Assembly (NCBI GenBank): GCA_963662545.2
Contig: CAXXLL010000003.1
Coordinates: 736,001-800,000 of the forward strand
Source: Gammaproteobacteria bacterium
GTDB taxonomy: Bacteria > Pseudomonadota > Gammaproteobacteria > Ga0077536
Reading direction: 5' to 3'
DNA length: 64,000 nt
Shown here: piece after piece, positions 9,833-20,148 of the stretch
Layout of the letters: each line of letters begins with the position of its first letter
How positions within the stretch are numbered: position 1 is the first letter of the stretch
Position numbers and translations under genes: made by a program
Notes under the pieces: model-generated
Seen by the model: the letters and a program-made list of their open reading frames with translations, nothing else
Database searches by the model: none
What the model was told of the DNA's origin: nothing

Positions 9833-10447
9833 GTGCCCACGTCGCTGACCAATAAAAATGCCCGCACTGCGGTCAGCAACCGCAGTGAAGAGGTTCTCGA
9901 AGCGCTCGAAAAACTCATTCTTGCCGAGGGTTTCTCCCGGCTCAACGTCTCGGACATCGCCGCGCGCCTCAGTTGTTCCAAGCGCACACTGTATGAACTC
10001 GCCCCGAGCAAGAACGAACTCGTGCTGAACGTTCTCGATGGCTTCTTTCGGAGAATCAGGCACCAAGCCGCTGGCGCAACCGACAGCAAGATGGGTCCCG
10101 AGCGGCAGGTATTCGAATACCTGCAAGTCGGCGTGGTTGCCGCGGAACGGCTCAGCGCCGCCGCGCTCGCCGACATCCACCGCTGGGAACCCGCTCGCTT
10201 GATCTGGCAGGAGCACGTAAGACTCCGCGTCGAAGGCCTGCGCCGGATCATCGAAAACGGCGTCGAGGCAGGGGTCTTCAGCGAGGTCCGTCCCGCTTTC
10301 GTCGCCGAGATCGTGTTCGCCAGCATCAATCGCCTGCGCGAACCCGACTTCTATCTGTCGACGGATCTCACGATATCGGAAGCGTTTCACGAACTCTACG
10401 GGATGCTCCTGAAATCCCTCACGCACCGACCTAGTAACTCAGCTTAA
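9833..10447 (+). CDS. TetR/AcrR family transcriptional regulator
   Basis: N-terminal HTH EGFSRLNVSDIAARLSCSKRTLYELAPSKNEL; divergent from the RND gene. Confidence 0.92.
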   Translation: MPTSLTNKNARTAVSNRSEEVLEALEKLILAEGFSRLNVSDIAARLSCSKRTLYELAPSKNELVLNVLDGFFRRIRHQAAGATDSKMGPERQVFEYLQVGVVAAERLSAAALADIHRWEPARLIWQEHVRLRVEGLRRIIENGVEAGVFSEVRPAFVAEIVFASINRLREPDFYLSTDLTISEAFHELYGMLLKSLTHRPSNSA

Positions 10448-11278
10448 CTCGCGCAGTACCGAAAGCACGGTTTCAGGATGGGCGGAGTGCGGAATGGATC
10501 CGTAAAGTAAACGGCCGGCCGACGCACCCGCATCGATCGCGGCTCCACCCCAGAAACTGTCGGTAAGCCCGCCGCCCAGACGCGGTGCTTCGGCCTCGGC
10601 CGCTATCGCGTCGAGCGCCAGTTGTGGAAACAGGATCAAATCGAGGTCTAGAGCGACCGTCGGGACTGCCCCGTCTGCCCGATCGGGCAGGCTCATGGCC
10701 GTGACCCAATCGTAATGCCTGGCGGCGCTGATGATCGGTTCGTAGGCATCGATCTCGTCAGCACTCAGCGCTGCCTGCCCGCGCTTCTCGAGCAGCACCC
10801 CCGTCAACGGTCGCTCGGCCAGCGGCCGCAGAAAATTCGACATTGCGCTCGCCAAGTCATCGAGTTCGTCAAATTCAAGCGCCGCGGTGCCCTCCCCCGC
10901 ACCCAGGAGATCCGCAGGCGCGTGCAGTACGACGATGAGATCAACGTGGCCGGCGAATCGATGCACGAGTGCATCCAGCACATTGTTCACGAAATCGATA
11001 TGGGCATCGGCTCCGAATAGCTGGACCAGCTCTTCGGCGTTCGGCGCGCCGTCTCTCTCTCCCAGGGCAGGCAACAGGGGAGCACACAGGTCGATCGAAA
11101 GGCATTGGGTCGCAATGGCGCCTTGCGCCTGGATCAAGCTCGCTGCGAACCGCGAGGCATCGGCGTACCAATCGTCCGGCGAATTGGCGAAGACATGACG
11201 CGCGTACGCTTCGAATTCCACCCAGAGCAGCCGGGATCCGCCGTCGTCCAACCAGGATTTGAGCGCGGACATGGGCAC
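10439..11278 (-). CDS. Putative acetophenone carboxylase epsilon (ApcE)-like accessory protein
   Basis: 279 aa, last gene of the hydantoinase-family operon; size and position match the fifth apc gene (call by synteny). Confidence 0.55.
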   Translation of the reverse strand: MPMSALKSWLDDGGSRLLWVEFEAYARHVFANSPDDWYADASRFAASLIQAQGAIATQCLSIDLCAPLLPALGERDGAPNAEELVQLFGADAHIDFVNNVLDALVHRFAGHVDLIVVLHAPADLLGAGEGTAALEFDELDDLASAMSNFLRPLAERPLTGVLLEKRGQAALSADEIDAYEPIISAARHYDWVTAMSLPDRADGAVPTVALDLDLILFPQLALDAIAAEAEAPRLGGGLTDSFWGGAAIDAGASAGRLLYGSIPHSAHPETVLSVLRELS

Positions 11279-11304
11279 GCCTGCGATCGCCGCCTGCCGC
11301 GCGA

Positions 11305-13566
11305 CTATTTCCGGGCCTTGGCGGCTTTCTTCCTGGGTTTCGCCGCGCGCTTGCAGGCCTCGAGTTCACGCTCGAGTTCGGCGATGCGGACATCCTTGGG
11401 ATTCGGCATCATCACCGGAACGATGGCATCCGCCGGACAGGTATCGTCGCGCGAACCGCGATAGATCAGATCCCGGTCTTTCCACGACCCGTAGTAGGGA
11501 AGGTTTTTCGGCGGGTGCTCGGTTTCCCATTGCGCGACGAATTCCTCGTAAGGCTTGCCGCGCTTGATGCGTTTCTTGCGCTCGGCCTTGCGCGCTTTTT
11601 CAGTCGCCTTCAAATCGACCGCGCCGCTCTCTTCGTCGAGCACGACATGGTAGATGTTCTTCACGGTGTTCATCGAGATCAGGGCGTCGAGATACTCTTG
11701 CGAGACCGCTTCGGGTTCGCGTTCGAGCACGTCGCCGTAACCGCCGCCGGACCCTTGAGTCAGCATAAAGAGTTCGCCAGGCTGGGCGAATTCGAGCTGC
11801 ATGCCCATGTGATGGGTGGTGTACTTCGCGCCCGGAAACGGTTGATCGTTCATGATGTCTTCAATGGTGTAGCGCAGTAGATCGCGTCTGTCCTTCATCA
11901 CCTCGAACACGTTGACGCCCTTGACCTTGCACAGGGGATAACACCCGGGCGCATAGCCGCCGAAAATGCCCATCGTCGTCGGGAATTTGGAACCGATGCT
12001 GCAACACATGAAGCCCCACATGGAGCTGTCTTTCATGGTGGCGATCTGCTGGTAGCCGTGTCCGCCCCGGAACTTCCCGAACCCGTTCGCGTCCTTCATC
12101 AACTTGTTCGGCACGATCTTCATGATCGGAACTTCTTCCTCGATGAGTTCCTGTTCACCGATATCGGCCATCGGCGCAAAGATCGGCGCGATCGAATGTT
12201 CGCCGTCGCGATTCCAGCGGGCGGCGCCGCCCATGCCGTTGAGATCGGCACATACGTTCCCCACCAGTTCCCCGTACTGGTTCACGCCGCCGTAAATGAA
12301 CGTCACGATCATGTTGTACCAGCCGGCGATGATATCCGTGGCGCGGTGCCCGGCGCTGTAGAGAAATTTCGGGACGCCGATCTGCACCGCGGTAAAGCTC
12401 GGAAAAAAGGTCATCATGCTCTGCGCGTTCGGGGCCTCGGGCGAACAATGCAGGGTTGAGCGATCGTCGGTCAGCACCTTCATCGGGGCAAACACCGCCT
12501 GGTTGCGAGGCAGATCCGGCCACACGAAGCTCAAGAATTCCTGGGCGAGCATGCCCTTTAGCGACGCCAGCACCGTGTTGTTCGCGCGATTGAGAAACTC
12601 CGGTGAAGAACCGCGAAAGTCGATGGTCAATTCGTCGCCGCGCTTGTCGAGTTCGCAGCGGATCTTGATCAGGCAATTCTCGCGCAAGGTGCCGTCCGCA
12701 AACAGATTGGTGCGCACTTTGCCGTCGGGCCAGGTGGCGAGCCGCCGCCGCGTTTCCTGCTCGGTGTCGGTCATGGTTTTGCGCAGTGTGGCGATAACCG
12801 CATCGACGCCGTACTCCGTAATGATGTCGTCGATCCTCGATTTCATGCGCATGGCCGCGAACAGCTTGGACTTCATGCCCTCGAGCTGGAGCTTGGGCTC
12901 GCGCACCGAATTCTGCAGAAAGGTCATGAGGTCGCGGCGAAATTCGTAGTGCTCGCCGACGAGTATCGGCGACATCTTGAGGCCCTCGTCAAAGGGAGAT
13001 TCGGCTGCGGATGGCATGCCGCCCGGTTCACAAGCGCCGTTTTCGCCTTCGTGCACGATGGCGCCGGTGAAGCAGATCAACTGGCCCTCGTGAAACAACG
13101 GGATCATCAGACTTTGATCCGTATTATGGATATTGCCGTAACGCGCATCGTTGTGCATGAAGATGTCGCCGGGCTTGAGGCCGACGGTCGGATCGTCCCT
13201 CCAGTATTTCAGAATGAATTTCGTCGGGTGCTGGGTCAGAACCGAAAAGATCAACACCCCGCCCATGCTCGCCATCGCGAGGTCGCCGTGCATGGACCAA
13301 ACGCCGGAGATCAAATCGCCCCACTTGGCTCCGGGCGCGGCGCCCATCTGCTCGACCATGTCGAAAGATTCGTTGCACGCCGTCTGCAGCTTGTGACGCA
13401 CCAGGTTGATCTTGTCCGAATCGTCGAAATTCCCAAGCGCTTCGAGTTCCCGCTCGGAGGCCGGCACGAGGCTGTGGTCCTCCATGATTTCGGGATCAGG
13501 TCCGAGAAACAGAACGTTCTCTTCGAGAAATTTCTCGATGACTGATTTTTCTTGATCACCACCCAT
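11305..13566 (-). CDS. Hydantoinase B/oxoprolinase family; acetophenone carboxylase delta (ApcD)-like
   Basis: GDIFMHNDARYGNIHNTD, VHEGENGACEPGGMP, GKFRGG, GGGYGDVLER motifs; start ATG 13566 with GAGG RBS. Confidence 0.88.
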   Translation of the reverse strand: MGGDQEKSVIEKFLEENVLFLGPDPEIMEDHSLVPASERELEALGNFDDSDKINLVRHKLQTACNESFDMVEQMGAAPGAKWGDLISGVWSMHGDLAMASMGGVLIFSVLTQHPTKFILKYWRDDPTVGLKPGDIFMHNDARYGNIHNTDQSLMIPLFHEGQLICFTGAIVHEGENGACEPGGMPSAAESPFDEGLKMSPILVGEHYEFRRDLMTFLQNSVREPKLQLEGMKSKLFAAMRMKSRIDDIITEYGVDAVIATLRKTMTDTEQETRRRLATWPDGKVRTNLFADGTLRENCLIKIRCELDKRGDELTIDFRGSSPEFLNRANNTVLASLKGMLAQEFLSFVWPDLPRNQAVFAPMKVLTDDRSTLHCSPEAPNAQSMMTFFPSFTAVQIGVPKFLYSAGHRATDIIAGWYNMIVTFIYGGVNQYGELVGNVCADLNGMGGAARWNRDGEHSIAPIFAPMADIGEQELIEEEVPIMKIVPNKLMKDANGFGKFRGGHGYQQIATMKDSSMWGFMCCSIGSKFPTTMGIFGGYAPGCYPLCKVKGVNVFEVMKDRRDLLRYTIEDIMNDQPFPGAKYTTHHMGMQLEFAQPGELFMLTQGSGGGYGDVLEREPEAVSQEYLDALISMNTVKNIYHVVLDEESGAVDLKATEKARKAERKKRIKRGKPYEEFVAQWETEHPPKNLPYYGSWKDRDLIYRGSRDDTCPADAIVPVMMPNPKDVRIAELERELEACKRAAKPRKKAAKARK

Positions 13567-13607
13567 GGTCGTTACCTCGAAGTCGAAATCCCAAAGTAGA
13601 AAAAAGC

Positions 13608-15734
13608 TCAGGCATCCCTGACCATGACCGCAGAGCCCATGCGGCCCATCGTCAGATTCCATCCGGGCTCGACCAGATAGGTCGTGCGCGGGGTTTCGAT
13701 CAGCGCCGGTCCGGCGAGGTGCATGCCTTCGGCCACATCACTATGGTCGTAAACCGGGGTTGGGACGGGATCGTCGAGCTGCGGAAAATAGCAGGGTCGT
13801 TCGGTACGGGCCTTTGGCTGGTCGTCGTTTGACGCGGTCGAACGTTCGAGCGTCAGTCGTTCGTGCTCGACATAGGACACTACGCGCAGCACGTTGATCC
13901 GCACCCCGGCCTCGGGCGCCTGGCTGCCTTCACCGAATCGCTGTGCATAGTTGTTGCTGAATTTATCGAGCAGCGCAATGACGTCGTGCGGTGAGCTCAA
14001 GCGGGGACTCGGGCTCATCACACTGACCTGCGCGAGCTGGTTGCCGTAACGCATGTCCATTTCGACCCGCGTTTGCACGTCCTTTGGATCCACGCCCTGG
14101 CGTACCAGATCCTCCCGTCCCCGCTCTTCGAGTTCTTCGACGGTCTGATTGAATACTGTGTAGTCCTCAAGGACGTGCCTGAAGGTCGCGTCGTAAAGCA
14201 TGAGGTAGAGTGATTTTTCATGGATATGGAGCTGGTTCATGTTGCCAGCGCCCAAGGCGGCGAAAACCGAGCTGAACGGCGGAATGAGAATCTTCGCCAC
14301 GCCGATCTCGCCCGCATATCCGCAGGCATGGATGGGCGCACCGCCGCCGTAGCTCAGAATGGTGAAATGCTGCGGGTCGTACCCCTTGACCGCGACTTCC
14401 TTGAAAATCGCAGACGCCATATTGGCATCGACTTTGCGTTTGATGGCCTTGGCCGCCTCGATCAAGGTGAGTCCGGCCGGTTTCGCGACCGTTTCTTCGA
14501 TAGCGCGCTCGGCGCGGCGGCGATTGATCTTGATCGTGCCGCCGGCGTAGTTGTCCGGATCGAGATAGCCCAGGACCAGATTCGCGTCGGTGGTCGTCGC
14601 CAGCTTGCCACCGCGCCCATAGCAGGCCGGCCCCGGATCGGAGCCCGCGCTTTCGGGACCGACTTCGACCGCATTCCATAGACCATCAAAACGGGCAATG
14701 GACCCGCCTCCCGCGCCCAGGGTATGCAGGTAGGTCATCGGTGTGCTGACCAGCCAGCGGTCGATCACCGGATTGAAATCGTAGAACTTGACGCCGTCGG
14801 CCGTCACCAGACCGATATCGAAACTGGTGCCGCCCATGTCAGTGGCGATCACGTTCGGTTCGGCGAACTGCTCGGCGAGATAGTTGGTCGCTTCCAGACC
14901 GGCGACCGGGCCGGAATGAATCGTCTGCAGTGAATGGGTGGAATTGAGCTGCGCCATGCCCGAGGTGTTGTGGACCAGGAGCATCGGCCGTGCATAACCG
15001 TTACGGCGTAAAGCGACTTCGAGCGACGACATACCGTGATACATTTGATCATGGAGGTAGGCGTCCAGGATCGCCGACATGGTGCGCGAATACTCGGCCT
15101 TGCGCCCTGCGACGCGATGCGAAAGAACGATGGGCGTGGCGCCGAGCACGTAGGTCGGGTACTCATTCAGAATAATTCGCTCGACTTCCTTTTCGTGCGC
15201 CGGATTGACCACTGCGTTGGTCAGGGCGACGACGAAGCCCTGGCAGCCCTCGTCGACGAGCTTGCGCACCTGGGCGCGCACGTCTTCTTCCTCGACGCTC
15301 AGGTTCACCGTGCCCTTGTAGTCGATACGCTCCTTGATACCGACGATCATCGTCATCGGGATCAAAGGCTTGGGACGGTCGGCGCCAGGCAGATCCATTT
15401 GCTCGGCATGGGCCAACCCATCGCCGTACCCGCGCGCGCGCATGAGAGGAACCGTGGACTCGAAACCGGCGGTCGTCACCAGGCCGATGCGGGGCCCGTT
15501 GCGCTCGATCAACGCGTTGGTACCGAGCGTTGTGGCATAACGGACCGCGTCGACCGTGCTCAATACTTGACCGATGCTGAGATTCAATTCCGCGCATGCG
15601 TTTTCAAGCGCCTCCATGAAACCGGACGCCAGATTGTGATGGGTCGTTAAGGCCTTGGCTTCGATGTATTGGCCGTCGTAGACCAGGAAGCAATCGGTGA
15701 ACGTACCGCCGATATCAACACTAACCCGCCGCAT
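13608..15734 (-). CDS. Hydantoinase A/oxoprolinase family; acetophenone carboxylase gamma (ApcC)-like
   Basis: VDIGGTFTD, ATTLGTNALIE, HSGPVAG, DMGGTSFD, GPESAGSDPGPACYGRGG. Confidence 0.9.
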   Translation of the reverse strand: MRRVSVDIGGTFTDCFLVYDGQYIEAKALTTHHNLASGFMEALENACAELNLSIGQVLSTVDAVRYATTLGTNALIERNGPRIGLVTTAGFESTVPLMRARGYGDGLAHAEQMDLPGADRPKPLIPMTMIVGIKERIDYKGTVNLSVEEEDVRAQVRKLVDEGCQGFVVALTNAVVNPAHEKEVERIILNEYPTYVLGATPIVLSHRVAGRKAEYSRTMSAILDAYLHDQMYHGMSSLEVALRRNGYARPMLLVHNTSGMAQLNSTHSLQTIHSGPVAGLEATNYLAEQFAEPNVIATDMGGTSFDIGLVTADGVKFYDFNPVIDRWLVSTPMTYLHTLGAGGGSIARFDGLWNAVEVGPESAGSDPGPACYGRGGKLATTTDANLVLGYLDPDNYAGGTIKINRRRAERAIEETVAKPAGLTLIEAAKAIKRKVDANMASAIFKEVAVKGYDPQHFTILSYGGGAPIHACGYAGEIGVAKILIPPFSSVFAALGAGNMNQLHIHEKSLYLMLYDATFRHVLEDYTVFNQTVEELEERGREDLVRQGVDPKDVQTRVEMDMRYGNQLAQVSVMSPSPRLSSPHDVIALLDKFSNNYAQRFGEGSQAPEAGVRINVLRVVSYVEHERLTLERSTASNDDQPKARTERPCYFPQLDDPVPTPVYDHSDVAEGMHLAGPALIETPRTTYLVEPGWNLTMGRMGSAVMVRDA

Positions 15735-16098
15735 CGGACGCTCTCTCCCCGCTCAAGTGTGTTTCCTTGAGCTTGTCGATATCGAGTTCAATATCATTGG
15801 TTAAAGGATGGCCCGGTGGCAGGTACTCGTTTTCCACCATCGTGCCGCATGCCGGGCAATAGAACTCGACGATCCGACACCATTCGGGATCGGGTGCGTA
15901 GGTGTAGTCGTATTTATCCGCGTCGAGGATCGGCCGGTGAATTTCCCGTGGATCGCGGTCGTATACCAACAGCCCCTCTTTATAAGGCGAACGCGCGGGC
16001 CCGATATCGTGGCCGCAACGACGGCACAACCAACGCTCGGCTTCGAGCTCGATTTCTAGATATTCAGTTATTGCAATGGTCTTTCCAGCCATGGTCAT
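15721..16098 (-). CDS. Acetone carboxylase gamma-subunit family; ApcB-like small Zn-binding subunit
   Basis: ITEYL, C-x-x-CGH, YKEG, EFYCPACGTMVENEYLPPGHP motifs. Confidence 0.9.
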   Translation of the reverse strand: MTMAGKTIAITEYLEIELEAERWLCRRCGHDIGPARSPYKEGLLVYDRDPREIHRPILDADKYDYTYAPDPEWCRIVEFYCPACGTMVENEYLPPGHPLTNDIELDIDKLKETHLSGERASDAAG

Positions 16099-18023
16099 TC
16101 ACTCTCGAGGAAAAGATCGCCGTTGGTAAACACGCGTAAGATCCATCCGGCATCGATGATACTGGTGAGGTAATCGCCTCGAATGAGGCTCGGACCGGTT
16201 AACTTTTTACCGGGTTTGAGATCACGGTCATTGATCAGGGGTAATTCCAGCACGCGCTTGCCATCCAGGTTGATTTTAGTCTTAGCGCGCGCACGCATGG
16301 CCGTGTATTTCTTCTCCTTGTTCGCTTTCAAGCTCAAAGTCGGCAGTTCAAAGACGGCTCTCACCGTCAGCCTGGGATCCGATAATTTTTTGTTCACTTT
16401 GATTTTCTTGCCGGAGAACGGCTTGTCGACCACGATATCGTCCTTCGCACCCCACACGGATTTTTTATAGGTGCACGCGCTGGGATCGACACCCTCGCCG
16501 TACATGTCACGACGTAGACGGGATTCGAGCTCGGCGCCCAGCGCGCCGATGTCCTGTGAGGCGCCGTCGAGAGGCGCCTGGTATTCGTGGGCAAGGTGAC
16601 TGAAGCCGATGCCGAACGCGCTGAATACCGATGCGAGGCGCGGCACGATCACCTGCTTCATGCCGGCCGCGGCGGCGATGCCGCATGCGATCATCGGGCC
16701 GCCGCCGCCATAGGCCAGCAGGGCCGTCTCGCCCGGATCACAGCCGGCATTGTCGATGGCATTGGTGACTTCTTTGCCGACCAATTTCTGGAATTCGGTG
16801 ATGATGGTCGCAGCCGCCTCGGCTGCATTCTGTCCCAGGGCATCCCCGACATTCTTGACGACCGCCTGCTCGGCGCGCTCGCGATCGAGCGCGATTTCGC
16901 CGCCCAGGTATTTATCCGGATGGAGTACACCCGCTACGAGCAGTGCGTCGGTCAAGGTCGTTTCCGTACCGCCACGTCCATAACACGCAGGGCCCGGCGA
17001 TGCACCGACGCTTTCGGGTCCGATTCTGACCGTGCCGTTTTCGACACGAACGACCGAGCTGCCGCCCAGTCCGAAGCTGCGAATCGTCGGCAACGGAAAT
17101 GAGGTCGGGATGTTTTCGATCGCACCGTAGGCCAGCAGCGTCACCGCTTGACCTTTCACCATCGAGACGTCGGTCGTAGTCCCGCCCACATCCATCGCCA
17201 CGACGGCATCCAGACCATAATGTCTGGCGTAGGCGACCGCGCCCTCGAGCCCACCGCGCGGCCCCGAACCCCAGGTCTTGATGGCAGTCGTCTTGGCGAC
17301 CCGGGCCGAATCGCCGTCATTGCGGAAGATCAGCAGGGGTCTTTTCAAATGCTGCTCTTTACAGATGTTCTCGGCGCCATACAGAAAGTGCTCCATGCCG
17401 GGGTGCAGGTAGGAGTTGACCACCGCTGTGATCGTGCGGCGCGCAAGATCGGAATCCTGCGCAAGTTCGGATGATATGAGGAACGGGATCGCGCCCAACA
17501 GGTGGCGCGGATACCGATCGAGGAGAAGATCCTTGACGTTCTGCTCCGCTACCTCGGAACTCAAGGCGACGACCAGTCTCAAGGCGCCCTGCGCCAGCAT
17601 CCTGTTGACAGTCGCGATCAATTCGCCGGCTTCGATCTCGCCGTTGCTCGAAAAGCGAAGACCCACCGGTTTCTGCGGCACCATTGCGCGCCATAAGGCA
17701 CTGTCACCGAGTCTCGAAATGGCACCGTAGACGCTGTCTTCTTCGCCCGCATCGACCAGCACGGCTACCGCTGTGCCCTTGTGTTCGACCACCGCATTGG
17801 TACCGGAGGTCGTCGAGTAGCGCAGACAATCGGCTTCGCGAATCAGGCGCGCGGCATCGTCTTCACCGTAAAACTCTTTCGATCCCCGCTTCAGGATCTC
17901 CAGAAAACATTGGGTCAGGTCGTGCGGCGTCGTGGCTGTCTTGGCATGCACGACCTTGCCGCCGTCGCTGATGCACACATCGGTGAACGTGCCGCCGTTA
18001 TCGATATTGACCAGGATGCCCAT
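16095..18023 (-). CDS. Hydantoinase A/oxoprolinase family; acetophenone carboxylase alpha (ApcA)-like
   Basis: VNIDNGGTFTD (NIDNGGT variant typical of ApcA), STTSGTNAVVE, DVGGTTTD, GPESVGASPGPACYG; GAGGAGG RBS. Confidence 0.88.
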   Translation of the reverse strand: MGILVNIDNGGTFTDVCISDGGKVVHAKTATTPHDLTQCFLEILKRGSKEFYGEDDAARLIREADCLRYSTTSGTNAVVEHKGTAVAVLVDAGEEDSVYGAISRLGDSALWRAMVPQKPVGLRFSSNGEIEAGELIATVNRMLAQGALRLVVALSSEVAEQNVKDLLLDRYPRHLLGAIPFLISSELAQDSDLARRTITAVVNSYLHPGMEHFLYGAENICKEQHLKRPLLIFRNDGDSARVAKTTAIKTWGSGPRGGLEGAVAYARHYGLDAVVAMDVGGTTTDVSMVKGQAVTLLAYGAIENIPTSFPLPTIRSFGLGGSSVVRVENGTVRIGPESVGASPGPACYGRGGTETTLTDALLVAGVLHPDKYLGGEIALDRERAEQAVVKNVGDALGQNAAEAAATIITEFQKLVGKEVTNAIDNAGCDPGETALLAYGGGGPMIACGIAAAAGMKQVIVPRLASVFSAFGIGFSHLAHEYQAPLDGASQDIGALGAELESRLRRDMYGEGVDPSACTYKKSVWGAKDDIVVDKPFSGKKIKVNKKLSDPRLTVRAVFELPTLSLKANKEKKYTAMRARAKTKINLDGKRVLELPLINDRDLKPGKKLTGPSLIRGDYLTSIIDAGWILRVFTNGDLFLESE

Positions 18024-18361
18024 CGCTAATCCGACCCTCCTCGAGACGATGCCATGAATTCGGCGCGGCAGGCGCCGGCCCTAATTATGTAGTGTCCGCA
18101 CGAACAGGTGTCGCGAATTGACTGACGGCAGGCAAGTAACGGTACTAATTAGACAAAATATTACCGTTCGTGCAAGCGCGTGAGCGGGCGGAAACGAAGC
18201 GCGAAGATAAGCGTTTTTTGCAGTCCCGTCACCGACTGTTAAAGATTCTTCACCACCTGGCTCGACATAATCCTCGCGGCAGTAGCGCTGTACAACTCCT
18301 AGATAAAGTTAAGCTCGGTCAAATCCGGCACCCTTCGCCCAGGGGTTTGGAGAACTCGCGA

Positions 18362-19918
18362 ATGATATTCGATGTTTTAATCATCGTTTCGTATTTCGTC
18401 ATCATCATGGTCGTCGGCATCGTGTCGGCGCGACGTCAGACTGAATACACCGCCGAGGAGTACTTTCTCTCCTCGCGATCACTGAGATGGCCGTCCATTG
18501 CCATCTCCACCATCGCCACGAACATCCATGCCGGGCACTTCCTCGGCATGGCGGGCTCAGCCTACCTGTTCGGTCTAGCGCAGGCCAACCTCGAAATCAA
18601 CGCGATCGTCGGCATTCTCCTGGCGACATTCATCTTCGTGCCTTTCTACTTGGGCGCCCGCGTGACGACGATCAGCGAGTTCTTTGCATCACGATTCGGT
18701 CCCAAGGTGGGGCTCATCTATGCCGTGTTGATGATGGTGTTATATGGATTCATGTACCTGGGCTCCGCTCTCTTCTGGGGTGCGTGGGCCATCGATGGAG
18801 TCTTCGGCGACCTCGTCTCTTTCCTGGGCGACAGCGCACCCGTACGTCTGGCGTGGATGGTTGTGATCCTCGGCGTTTTCTCTTCCACCTATACCTACCT
18901 GGGCGGACTCACCGCCGTCGTGCGCACTGACGTGGTGCAGTTCGTCCTGCTGGTTGTGGGTGGCCTGATCATGTTGGGTCTGGCAATCCACGAACTCGGT
19001 GGCTGGTCCGAACTTTACATTCAGACGCCCGACAAGATGCACCTGCACCTACCTGCCGATCACGAAACGCTACCTTGGATAGCGCTCATCGGCATGAATT
19101 TGCTCAACCTCAACTATTGGGGCGCCAACCAGATCATTTTGCAACGCGTCCTCGCGGCCAAGAGCCTGGCGCATGCTCAGATCGGCCTCTTGGTGGGAGG
19201 GGTCCTCAAATACGTCATGGTTCTCATCATCATCGTGCCAGCCATCGCGCTGGTCGGCATCACTGCGGCCAATCCGCTCACAGACCCGGATCAAGCTTAT
19301 GTAACCATGGTTAATACGCTGCTCCCCAGCGGCTTGCGTGGCTTCATCCTATGTGGCCTGTTCGCCTCGCTGATGAGCACCGTGGATTCCATCTTCAACT
19401 CCGTATCCACCCTGTGGTCGGTGGATATCTATAAGCGCTACATCAAAACCGACGCCAGCGATACGGAGATGGTAAGAGCCGGGAAGTGGGCCATCGTCGG
19501 CACGCTCCTGACCGGTTTGAGTTTTGCTTTCATTCAGATCTACGTCAAGTTTGATAATCCTGAATTCCCATTGACGCATTGGTTCAACGAGCTCAGCTAC
19601 TACGTGAAGAATGGCTTCGTGCTCCTCATAGTCGCCGCCATCTTCTTGCTGCGACCTTCGCCCCGTCTCGTGCTGACCATGCTGGTGACCAGCATTCCTC
19701 TCACGGTGGCATTCAAGCTTGGCTTTCCCGACATGAATTACTTCGTCCGCTCCATGTGGATCATCTTGGGCCTTGTCCTCGGCACGGCAATTCCCACGTG
19801 GTTCAAGAATGGCTGGCGTCTCGACGTGAAGCTGGTAGTAGCTTCGAGTCCCGCTGTTGCGCGATTTGGTGTCGCGTTAGCTGCCTCCCTGATCGCTTGT
19901 CACATCATCTTCCACTGA
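18362..19918 (+). CDS. Sodium:solute symporter (SSS/SLC5) family, likely sugar/polyol
   Basis: EEYFLSSRSL, STIATNI, YLGGLTAVVRTDVVQ, YWGANQIILQR, ASLMSTVDS; start ATG 18362 after GGAG. Confidence 0.93.
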   Translation: MIFDVLIIVSYFVIIMVVGIVSARRQTEYTAEEYFLSSRSLRWPSIAISTIATNIHAGHFLGMAGSAYLFGLAQANLEINAIVGILLATFIFVPFYLGARVTTISEFFASRFGPKVGLIYAVLMMVLYGFMYLGSALFWGAWAIDGVFGDLVSFLGDSAPVRLAWMVVILGVFSSTYTYLGGLTAVVRTDVVQFVLLVVGGLIMLGLAIHELGGWSELYIQTPDKMHLHLPADHETLPWIALIGMNLLNLNYWGANQIILQRVLAAKSLAHAQIGLLVGGVLKYVMVLIIIVPAIALVGITAANPLTDPDQAYVTMVNTLLPSGLRGFILCGLFASLMSTVDSIFNSVSTLWSVDIYKRYIKTDASDTEMVRAGKWAIVGTLLTGLSFAFIQIYVKFDNPEFPLTHWFNELSYYVKNGFVLLIVAAIFLLRPSPRLVLTMLVTSIPLTVAFKLGFPDMNYFVRSMWIILGLVLGTAIPTWFKNGWRLDVKLVVASSPAVARFGVALAASLIACHIIFH

Positions 19919-20105
19919 GATTTCTCAGCAGTCGCACTTCTCACTGAGCGTACTCGGCGTAGGACCTTCGTGTGACATTGGGCGGGTGCCAAGAGGGCTT
20001 CCTCCGACACCCCAACCTCAATACAAACGTCAAGCTCGGTCAACTCCGACACGCTTCACCCGTGACCCTGGAAAATCGTTAAAAACCAGTGGCGATACGC
20101 GTAAA

Positions 20106-20125
20106 TACTGTATATAATACCAGTA
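20106..20125 (+). promoter_or_regulatory. LexA (SOS) box upstream of the DUF222/HNH gene
   Basis: TACTGTATATAATACCAGTA = CTG-N10-CAG, close to the E. coli consensus TACTG(TA)5CAGTA; 23 bp upstream of ATG 20149. Confidence 0.85.
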
Positions 20126-20148
20126 GTCCTGCTGGAGCGAAATACGCC

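Noticed and set aside
9749-10426. 225-aa minus-strand ORF
   Set aside because: Antisense to the clear TetR gene
19920-20090. att site or tRNA-Thr 3' duplication marking an integrated element
   Set aside because: Only a short ctccgacac repeat was seen; no match to the tRNA end and no integrase
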